From Syntrophomonadaceae bacterium (GTDB lineage Bacteria > Bacillota > Syntrophomonadia > Syntrophomonadales > Syntrophomonadaceae): 64,000 nt of DNA. The DNA is taken from NCBI GenBank assembly GCA_050949825.1, contig JBMNGL010000013.1, positions 11,038-75,037 on the forward strand. Reading direction: 5' to 3'. The notes below the pieces were generated by a model that did not search any database, had not been told where the DNA came from, and worked only from the letters and a program-made list of their open reading frames with translations. Of this stretch, positions 17,598-25,579 are shown piece after piece; position 1 is the first letter of the stretch; every line of letters begins with the position of its first letter. Both the position numbers and the translations under genes were made by a program.

Positions 17598-17882
17598 ATG
17601 AGTGAAGCAGGAGTAAAGTTTTCGGAAGTGAAGGAGCTTTTAATGAAAGATGAAGAGTTCAAAGTAGAGTATGAAAAGCTAAAACCGCGTTATGATGTCA
17701 TTTCACAAATTATTGAAGCAAGAACAAGCCAAAACATTACCCAAGAGGAACTGGCACTTCGGGTTGGAACTAAAAAATCCAACATCAGTCGCTTGGAAAG
17801 CGGAACTTACAATCCATCTCTTGATTTTCTGGCTAAAGTAGCCCGTTGTCTTGGAAAAGAGGTACAGGTAACCTTAAAATAA
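17598..17882 (+). CDS. XRE-family helix-turn-helix protein (HigA/antitoxin-like architecture)
   Basis: ITQEELALRVGTKKSNISRLESGTYNPSLDFLAKVARCLG is a classic HTH_XRE. ATG 17598 lies behind gggggtg. Listed ORF is 17535..17882. Confidence 0.8.
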   Translation: MSEAGVKFSEVKELLMKDEEFKVEYEKLKPRYDVISQIIEARTSQNITQEELALRVGTKKSNISRLESGTYNPSLDFLAKVARCLGKEVQVTLK

Positions 17883-17930
17883 CGTTTTGAGGGAAGTTAT
17901 TTATAAAATAATAGTACTACGGATGATGAA

Positions 17931-17960
17931 GGCACTGAGAAATCAGCGCCTTTTTCTTTT
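17931..17960 (+). terminator. Candidate intrinsic terminator after the XRE gene
   Basis: ggcactga / tcagcgcc stem (one mismatch) followed by tttttcttttt. Confidence 0.4.
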
Positions 17961-18011
17961 TCAGTAAGATTGTGGATCCAGTCTCAGTTCCGCTGGATAA
18001 ACCGGTTCAGC

Positions 18012-18120
18012 AAAATTCTACCGAGTACAGGTAGGCGCTTTTGGCAATCGAGAAAATGCTGAAAAGCTGATGAAAGAACTGGCCCGGGCAGGGTTCAATG
18101 CCTATGTGAAATATGAATAA
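18012..18120 (+). pseudogene. Orphan SPOR-domain gene tail (direct repeat copy 2 of the endolysin 3' end)
   Basis: Encodes KFYRVQVGAFGNRENAEKLMKELARAGFNAYVKYE plus a stop. The frame is open upstream to about 17960 but no start or catalytic domain is present. Confidence 0.85.
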
Positions 18121-18133
18121 AGGGGCTCCGAGA

Positions 18134-18168
18134 GAGTTGGTGTGTTAAGCACATCAGCTCTTTTTTTT
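18134..18168 (+). terminator. Intrinsic terminator after the SPOR relic
   Basis: gagttggtgt pairs with acatcagctc (allowing G-U pairs), followed by 8 T. Confidence 0.5.
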
Positions 18169-18349
18169 ATCCCTTTTTAGATCGGAAATGACTTGATAAA
18201 TACTCGACTTAGAGGGAATATGTGACATGCGAAAAGCCTTAAAAGCCCCTATTTCAAAGGGTTTTGGGGCGATATATATTTTTCCGCTTTTAAGTTAAAT
18301 GGCTACTAACCATGATACGAAAAGCGGGATAAAGAAAGGAGGAAACTAA

Positions 18350-19735
18350 GTGAGTAATGCGTTGTTGGATGCTGTAGCTACAAAAAATATTAATCCCGGT
18401 TTAGATCAAATGGTGAGTGTGGTTCCAATTTCGGATAAGAATAATTTTGATCAGGCCCCTCGAAAGCCTAGAGTTGCCTCTTATTGTAGAGTGAGTACCG
18501 AAGAAGAGATACAGCTGGGTTCATTGGAAAATCAAATTATCCACTATACGAACCATATCAGATCAAATAAAGAGTGGCAGTTTGTAGGGGTATTCTCAGA
18601 CAGAGGCAAATCAGGGACTAAAACTGGAAGCCGTACCGGGTTTAATAGAATGATCCGTAGAGCCATGGCCGGCGAAATCGATATTATTCTGTGCAAATCT
18701 ATTTCACGGTTTGCGAGAAATGTACTGGACACTCTAAACATTGTAAAATCACTAAGCGAAAAAGGCGTGACAGTAATATTCGAAAAAGAAGCGATAAATA
18801 CTTCGAAAATGTCCAGTTCAATATTGTTGACTGTACTCGCCTTATTTGCGGAGGAAGAGAGTCGGAACATCTCTGAAAACATTGAATGGTCATTAACAAA
18901 GCGATTTGAGAATGGAGAAGTAAGAGCTGTAAAGATACTTGGGTATGATTTCAATAAGGATAAAGAATGGATAGTAGTAGAAAGTGAAGCCGGAATTGTA
19001 AGAGAAGCTTATAGGTTGTTTCTCGAAGGCAAAAGCATGTCGGAAATTGCCGAGATATTCATTGAAAGGGGTTACAGAAAAAAGAATGGAAGAATTGATT
19101 GGGACGGAAGCGGTGTTAGGGGACTTCTAACTAATGAACGCTATACCGGTGATGTGCTTAGCAGAAAGACCTGCACTCTAGATTTTAGAAGCCATAAATC
19201 TGTAGTAAATGATGGTCACAAGCCCCAGTATTATATTGAAAATCATCATGAAGGAATTATATCAAAGGAAGATTTCCAACGGGTTCAAGATATTCTTTCT
19301 CAAAGTGTGTCTACTGCAAAAGGAATTAGGAAAAAAACATATCCCTTATCCAAAAGATTAAAATGCACTAATTGTGGGGCTAATTTTCATCGGCAGGAGA
19401 ATCCAAATGGGAAGGTTGATTGGATATGTAGCACCAGCAAGAAAAGCAAGAAATTATGCAAGATGGAGCCAATCACTCAGGAACAAATTGAAAAATTGCT
19501 AATCGAAGGCTTTTATAAAAGATATGGAATTAATGCTGCTACCGATGGCGGAGAACTAAAAAGGCGGCTAATGAAAGAGCTGATGAATGCTGAAGCGGCC
19601 CGGGACAGGGAACAAAACCTTCTAAGGGTAAAGCTAGAGAAAGTATCTAATAAAAGAAAACAAGGCTGTAATAGACGGTTTAAATATAGAGCCGATAAAA
19701 GAAAAGAGAATTGCTTTAGAAAAGCAAATTGCTGA
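18350..19735 (+). CDS. Large serine recombinase 1 (body; C-terminus displaced by an apparent +1 frameshift)
   Basis: GTG start behind aaggagg. Motifs are ASYCRVSTEEE, SRFARN, ENHHEGII and zinc ribbon CTNCGANF ... C. The last ~30 listed residues (KRKQGCNRRFKYRADKRKENCFRKANC) look like out-of-frame translation. Confidence 0.8.
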   Translation: MSNALLDAVATKNINPGLDQMVSVVPISDKNNFDQAPRKPRVASYCRVSTEEEIQLGSLENQIIHYTNHIRSNKEWQFVGVFSDRGKSGTKTGSRTGFNRMIRRAMAGEIDIILCKSISRFARNVLDTLNIVKSLSEKGVTVIFEKEAINTSKMSSSILLTVLALFAEEESRNISENIEWSLTKRFENGEVRAVKILGYDFNKDKEWIVVESEAGIVREAYRLFLEGKSMSEIAEIFIERGYRKKNGRIDWDGSGVRGLLTNERYTGDVLSRKTCTLDFRSHKSVVNDGHKPQYYIENHHEGIISKEDFQRVQDILSQSVSTAKGIRKKTYPLSKRLKCTNCGANFHRQENPNGKVDWICSTSKKSKKLCKMEPITQEQIEKLLIEGFYKRYGINAATDGGELKRRLMKELMNAEAARDREQNLLRVKLEKVSNKRKQGCNRRFKYRADKRKENCFRKANC

Positions 19736-19970
19736 AAGAGCCACTGATTGGGAGCTATTTGATAGGGATGAAGCCTTCCGAAGAAAGGCACTGGGTAAAC
19801 TGAAAGACCTACAAGGGTCGGTACAATCAATAAATAGAATATTGGATATATCTTTTATGAGAGCCTGGGTGATTCGAATTAAAATCGAGTCACCTTATTT
19901 ATTTACCGTAAAGTGGATTGATGGAAGCAAAACGGTAGCGGGGCAGTTCAGAAGGAGGTATATGTTATGA
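19638..19970 (+). pseudogene. Detached C-terminal segment of large serine recombinase 1 (+1 frame)
   Basis: The frame open from 19638 reads ...KAVIDGLNIEPIKEKRIALEKQIAERATDWELFDRDEAF ... YLFTVKWIDGSKTVAGQFRRRYML and stops at 19968-19970. This is a family-typical LSR C-terminus, and the stop overlaps ATG 19967 of the next gene. Confidence 0.7.
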
Positions 19971-21688
19971 GAATGAATACTCCAGCTGTTGTAAATCCCC
20001 GGGTTCGAGTTATTCCTGCAAAGGTTGAAACAAACAGCGATGGAGGAAATCCAGAAGGGCAGAAAAAGAAGATTGCCGTTTATGCTCGTGTTTCTACATT
20101 TGAAGAGGAACAACAATCAAGCCAGGAGCTTCAAGAAAGCTACTTTAAAGAAATGATTGCCAATAATGAAAACTGGGAATTGTATAAAGTCTATGCCGAC
20201 CATGGAGTTACTGGAACAAATACAAAAAATAGAACCGCCTTTAATGAGATGATTGAAGATGCAAAGGAACAAAAATTCGATTTAATCATAACTAAATCAA
20301 TTAGCCGGTTTGCTAGAAATACCCTTGATTGTTTGACCTATGTACGTATGCTAAAAGGCTTAAAAAAGCCCGTGGGCGTGATTTTTGACCGTGAACGAAT
20401 TTCGTCTTTGGATAGTAGCTCCGAAATGCTACTTACAATAATTGCCAGTATTAGCGAAGAAGAGAGCAAAACCATTAGTGCCAATGTCTGCTGGGGCGTA
20501 ACCAAAAGATTTTCTCAAGGTATCCCCCATATCCCCACAACTTATTTTCTAGGATATGACGAGGATGAAGAAGGCAATCTTATTATAAATGAAAAGGAAG
20601 CTAAAACGGTAAGACGGATTTATAGAGAACTTCTTGCCGGGAAAGGAACCGTGCTAATTGCAAAAGGATTGACCAAGGATAAAGTTAAAACCGCCAGGGG
20701 AAACACCAAATGGACCAGCGATTCGGTTCTTAAGCTGCTACGAAATGAGAAATATGCCGGGCATGCCCTTTGCCAGAAGTCGGTCACCCTTGACCCCCTT
20801 ACCCATAAACGGGTGAGAAATAAAAACCACAAACCTCAATACTTTATCAGGAATCATCATCCGCCTATTATTTCGGAAGAAGACTGGAATGAAGCTCAAA
20901 AAGAACTAGACCGGAGAAGTAAAATGCTCCACGACCCGGGTGGAAAATATCGAAGGGCTTATAGCGGCAGGTCACCTTTTTCTAATATGTTTTTTTGCGG
21001 AACATGTGGAATGCCAATAATCCGGAGAAGAATTACTTCAAGAAATAAAGAAAAAAAATATCACTTTACTACTTGGCATTGCCGGGTAGCATCCCATAAA
21101 TATAAAGCAGATTTCAAATGTAACGCCAAGTATATCTGGGAAGAGGTTATTGAGAGGGCGTACAATGAAATGCTGCTTAAAATGTCCAAGGAAATTGACC
21201 AGATCCGTGCCGAAGGTGAGGAAGCCATAGAAGATGTAGATCTATCAGCAGATGAGACCAGAAGATTGAAAGAGCTGGATGAGATTATCAAACGGATTGG
21301 CAATCGAATAAGTGAGCTATCCATGAGGGAGAGCGTAACCAATGATCAAATTTATGATGCTACCTTAAGGAATCTAATTTACGAGTCGCAGATATATCAG
21401 CAAGAATATGAGGCACTGCTTAAAAGCCAGGACGAAAGCAACTATATAAGAAAGAACCTGGAGACGCTGATTAAACACCTACAAACCATAGAGGATTATG
21501 AAACCTTTAATGCCAACATCTTTAAAGAGATTGTAGAAAGCGGTATTTTTCATGAAGATTACGAAATAGAATTTATATTTAAATGCGGCATAAGAAGAAA
21601 AGCCTACGGATGGAGAAGAGGGAAAAACCCGGTGGAACCAATGGAATCAGGCATTGAGCAAGAAATAGACTATAAAAACAGCCTGTAA
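19967..21688 (+). CDS. Large serine recombinase 2
   Basis: 573 aa. Motifs are IAVYARVSTFEEEQ, SRFARN, RNHHPPII, zinc ribbon CGTCGMPI ... C, then a coiled coil and C-terminal beta motif YEIEFIFKCG. Confidence 0.9.
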   Translation: MRMNTPAVVNPRVRVIPAKVETNSDGGNPEGQKKKIAVYARVSTFEEEQQSSQELQESYFKEMIANNENWELYKVYADHGVTGTNTKNRTAFNEMIEDAKEQKFDLIITKSISRFARNTLDCLTYVRMLKGLKKPVGVIFDRERISSLDSSSEMLLTIIASISEEESKTISANVCWGVTKRFSQGIPHIPTTYFLGYDEDEEGNLIINEKEAKTVRRIYRELLAGKGTVLIAKGLTKDKVKTARGNTKWTSDSVLKLLRNEKYAGHALCQKSVTLDPLTHKRVRNKNHKPQYFIRNHHPPIISEEDWNEAQKELDRRSKMLHDPGGKYRRAYSGRSPFSNMFFCGTCGMPIIRRRITSRNKEKKYHFTTWHCRVASHKYKADFKCNAKYIWEEVIERAYNEMLLKMSKEIDQIRAEGEEAIEDVDLSADETRRLKELDEIIKRIGNRISELSMRESVTNDQIYDATLRNLIYESQIYQQEYEALLKSQDESNYIRKNLETLIKHLQTIEDYETFNANIFKEIVESGIFHEDYEIEFIFKCGIRRKAYGWRRGKNPVEPMESGIEQEIDYKNSL

Positions 21689-21834
21689 CCCTGGTAGCCT
21701 TAAATAGCTAAAATATTTAAAGCCTATATAAACAAGAAAACTCCGTAAACCTATAAAGATTGTACTTGCAATAGTTTGATATGGATGCAAACATACGAAC
21801 AAATGCAATCGTTGATAGGTGGGGAGTTTTTTTT

Positions 21835-24800
21835 ATGGATGAAAAAAATAAGGCCATGTGGGTACACACCCTGTGGGATCCACTTGAAAAAATAGACCAG
21901 AGTCCACTTCATAGTAAAAAAGACGGTATTAAGGTCGCGGCCTATTGCAGGGTGAGCTTAGACTCGCTTAATATATCAGAATCACTGGAGAGCCAGGTTA
22001 GTCACTATACCCATTTTATCGGCAGAAAAAAGAATTGGAAGTTCGTCGGCATCTATTTTGATAATCTAGTTTCAGGCAGAAAGGCATCACTAAGACAAGG
22101 CTTCACACGGATGCTCAGGCACTGCGATGAAGGGAAGATAGACCTTATACTAGTCAAAAATGTATCCAGGTTCTCCAGAAATGCAAAAGAGCTTATTGAG
22201 ATTGTTGAACGGCTAAAAGAAATTAACGTAACGGTCTATTTCGAAATGGAAAATATCGAGAGCACTAGAAGTGATACTACCTATCTTCTAAATATATTTG
22301 CTAGCATCGCCCAGGCCGAGATAGAAGCGATATCTTACAATATAAAATGGAGCTATGAGAAAAGGACACTTGAAGGTAAAGCTGATATTGGAGATATGTA
22401 TGGATATGATAAAGCCGAAGTAAATGGTGAAACAATAATTAAGATTAATGAAGAAGCTGCTCAAATTGTAAGAGAGATTTTTGTGATGTACCTCAACGGG
22501 TATAGTTCTTATAAGATAGCTGGAGAACTAAGTAGAAGAAATATTAAGACTAAACAGGGAAAAAAGCTTTGGAATTCAAGCACCATTACAGGCATTTTAT
22601 CAAATATTTCATATACAGGAGATATATTGGTTAGAAAAACAATTCAAGATATGCTGACAAACAAAATACGATCAGCCAAAGGTATAGAAGATCAGTATTT
22701 TATTGAAAATCATCATCCAGCAATTATAAGTAAAGAAGTATTTGAACAAGTACAAGAAGAGATAAAGAAAAATGGAAAACCTAGTTCCCCTTATACTCGT
22801 AGATATAATCCGTTACTTAAACGCGTTCATTGTGGGAATTGTGGCTATAAATTTAACAGAAATAAAAATAGGGGTAAAGATTATTTTAAGTGTGTTAGTA
22901 AAATGACCAATAAGAGCCTTTGTGTAAGTCCTGTGATTAAAGAAGATGACATAATAAAAATAATGCTTGGAGGATTCAAAGAACGGTTTGATATAGAAAA
23001 TCCGAAAATCATAAAGATGCTGCAAAGATTTTTAATCAGAATAAATCAAAATGATCATTTTGAATTCCACCGCCTCAAAGCTTTGAACCAGATTCAATTA
23101 GCAAAAAGCTTGCGAGGCGTTGAATACACAGATGAAGATATCGAGCAAATGGAAGAAAGTTATAAGGAATTTGAAAAAGAACTAGTAAAAATAGAAGATG
23201 ATAGGAAGTTCCGATTAGAAGCAATTAAATGGTTGGATACTGTAGAAAATTTTGAAGCCTTCGAAAACCAAGCCACAATTGAATATATGCGTGGCTGGAT
23301 AAAAGAAATTACCATATATTCATTAAACGATTATAAAATCCACTGGATTGATGGAAAAAACACAGAGATCGGAAGTTGTATATCAATTAAACCAGAACTT
23401 GAAGAGCCTTTGGTAGATGAGAATTTAATAGAATTACAGATCAAAGGTTCTTTTGAAGAAAATAAAATCACCTTAGAGAAAGGAGGTGATATACAGAGTA
23501 AGGAGGGAGTTATGGTGCAAGCTGCAAAAAGGTTAAAGTCTGAAAAGCTAAAGTCTGAAAAAAAGTCTGATTTAATGTTTTTAAATATAAAAAAGCAAAT
23601 AAGCAATTCTGTAGTAATGCAAACTACTGTGCCTATACCTAGTAAGAAAAAACTGAAAGTAGCAGCTTATATTCGAGTTTCCACAGAAAGCGACCAACAG
23701 GAAATAAGTTTAAAGACGCAATATACGTATTTTTTGTACTACATTTTGCGGGATCCTCAGTATATTCTGGTTGATATCTATATAGATGATGGAAAGAGTG
23801 GGCTGACTACAAAAGGAAGGACAGAATTTAATCGCTTAATAGACGATTGCGTCGATAGTAAAGTGAATTTAATCATCACAAAATCCTTATCTAGATTTGC
23901 TAGGAATACAGTAGATACTCTCAAATGTTTAAATCTTCTAAAAAATCTAGATCCTCCGGTAAATGTGTGGTTTCAGAAAGAAAATCTTTATTCTTTAGAT
24001 GAAAAAAGCGATCTATTAATAAAACTACTTTCAGTTATTGGGCAGGAAGAAAGTTTGAATATGGGCGAGTCTATTGCTTGGGCGAAAAGGAGTTTAGCTC
24101 AAAGAGGAATAGTTAATCCCGGGCGATTAGCTTACGGCTATTATTACGGGGAAAATAAAGAATGGTTAATAAATAAAGAGGAAGAAAAAGTTGTAAAAAG
24201 AATTTACAAAGAATATCAAGAAGGAAAGAAAATTCAAAAAATAGCCAAGGGTCTTGAGAGTGAATCAATCCCATCTCCAAGTGGACGAAAAAATTGGGAT
24301 CCAAATACAATTAAGGATATATTAATTTCAGAGACTTACAGAGGCAACTATGTTTTTCAAAAATTTTATAATTCGTCAGGTTTAATAAAGAAAAAAACAA
24401 AAAACCAAGGTGAATTACCAATGTATTTTATTGAAAATCATCATCAACCTATAATTGATAGTGAAGAATGGGAAAATATTCAAGAAATAATGAAAATTAG
24501 AGATAAGGAGAGGCAAGATAAAATAGAAAAATATCTACCAGATACTAAAAAGAATGAAGCGTTTTCTAAAAAACTATACTGTGAAAAATGCCATAGTTAT
24601 TTAGGATATATAAGACAGGTAGATAGGGGAAAAAATAATAAGGGAAATAGGCATTGGAGATGTTATAGTGCAAGAAAAGGTAAAGGTTGTGATTCTATAC
24701 ATTTAAAACAGGAGTATATAGAGGAAAACTTTTCTCAATGCTTAATGGACATAAGGCATAATGAAGCTTTTAGAAAATATATCAATCAATATAAAGAGTC

Positions 24801-25500
24801 AGTAAAAATCACTCCAGAGGAAGAAAAATTAAGAGAAAGGTTAAATTTAGAAAGAGAAGAATTAAATCAAAAGTTATATGCAGAAGTAGAAGGAGAGCTT
24901 AATAAAAAAGGCAAAGATGCAAAACAAGTAGATAAATTGATTGATAAGATTATGAAGTTACGACAACAGATAAATACGTTTACACAAAGAGAAGAACAGC
25001 TTGAGTTAATTGAAGAAGATATAGCTGCCATAATGAAGAGTTTAAAAGACTATAAAGATAATAAAAAAACAGGCACAGGATATTATATGAAAGCGCCTAA
25101 ATTTAATAAAGAAATATTTGAAGAACATATAGAAAAAGGAACCGTTGCTGGTGATGGGAAAATTATATATAAATTTAAATCGGGATTTGAGTGGGCAGCA
25201 CCAATTGACTATTCAAACTTTCAAATAAAAGCAAGAAGAAAAATTGCGGCAAAGAGAGCTAAAGAAAAAGCAGAGTATTTAAAGGGGCCTGAGGTAACAG
25301 AATTATTAGAATATTGTATAGAGCCAAAGACTTTTAAAGAAATGCAGAATTTTTTAGGTAAGTATACAGCCTATCATTCTTTTAGAAAACACATACTTGT
25401 GCCTTTGTTAAAACAGGGAATTGTAAAGATGACCATACCGGATCAACCCGTTCATAGATTACAAAAATACTATTCGGTTGACAGGAAGAAACGCAATTGA
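21835..25500 (+). CDS. Fused double large serine recombinase (modules 3 and 4 in one ORF)
   Basis: The frame is uninterrupted from 21781 to 25500. ATG 21835 behind aggtgggga is preferred as the start. There are two full sets of catalytic, recombinase and zinc-ribbon motifs, with Ser codons at 21955-21957 and 23680-23682. An internal SD plus in-frame ATG lies at 23501-23514. Confidence 0.85.
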   Translation: MDEKNKAMWVHTLWDPLEKIDQSPLHSKKDGIKVAAYCRVSLDSLNISESLESQVSHYTHFIGRKKNWKFVGIYFDNLVSGRKASLRQGFTRMLRHCDEGKIDLILVKNVSRFSRNAKELIEIVERLKEINVTVYFEMENIESTRSDTTYLLNIFASIAQAEIEAISYNIKWSYEKRTLEGKADIGDMYGYDKAEVNGETIIKINEEAAQIVREIFVMYLNGYSSYKIAGELSRRNIKTKQGKKLWNSSTITGILSNISYTGDILVRKTIQDMLTNKIRSAKGIEDQYFIENHHPAIISKEVFEQVQEEIKKNGKPSSPYTRRYNPLLKRVHCGNCGYKFNRNKNRGKDYFKCVSKMTNKSLCVSPVIKEDDIIKIMLGGFKERFDIENPKIIKMLQRFLIRINQNDHFEFHRLKALNQIQLAKSLRGVEYTDEDIEQMEESYKEFEKELVKIEDDRKFRLEAIKWLDTVENFEAFENQATIEYMRGWIKEITIYSLNDYKIHWIDGKNTEIGSCISIKPELEEPLVDENLIELQIKGSFEENKITLEKGGDIQSKEGVMVQAAKRLKSEKLKSEKKSDLMFLNIKKQISNSVVMQTTVPIPSKKKLKVAAYIRVSTESDQQEISLKTQYTYFLYYILRDPQYILVDIYIDDGKSGLTTKGRTEFNRLIDDCVDSKVNLIITKSLSRFARNTVDTLKCLNLLKNLDPPVNVWFQKENLYSLDEKSDLLIKLLSVIGQEESLNMGESIAWAKRSLAQRGIVNPGRLAYGYYYGENKEWLINKEEEKVVKRIYKEYQEGKKIQKIAKGLESESIPSPSGRKNWDPNTIKDILISETYRGNYVFQKFYNSSGLIKKKTKNQGELPMYFIENHHQPIIDSEEWENIQEIMKIRDKERQDKIEKYLPDTKKNEAFSKKLYCEKCHSYLGYIRQVDRGKNNKGNRHWRCYSARKGKGCDSIHLKQEYIEENFSQCLMDIRHNEAFRKYINQYKESVKITPEEEKLRERLNLEREELNQKLYAEVEGELNKKGKDAKQVDKLIDKIMKLRQQINTFTQREEQLELIEEDIAAIMKSLKDYKDNKKTGTGYYMKAPKFNKEIFEEHIEKGTVAGDGKIIYKFKSGFEWAAPIDYSNFQIKARRKIAAKRAKEKAEYLKGPEVTELLEYCIEPKTFKEMQNFLGKYTAYHSFRKHILVPLLKQGIVKMTIPDQPVHRLQKYYSVDRKKRN

Positions 25501-25520
25501 ATATCTTATTAAGAATGAAA

Positions 25521-25575
25521 CCCACTGAGTAGCTAGATAGAAATTATCAGGCTACTTGGTGGGTTATTTTTATTT
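25521..25575 (+). terminator. Intrinsic terminator after the recombinase array
   Basis: cccactgagtagc (25521-25533) pairs with gctacttggtggg (25551-25563), followed by ttatttttattt. The sequence type recurs at 30581-30651. Confidence 0.6.
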
Positions 25576-25579
25576 GCTT

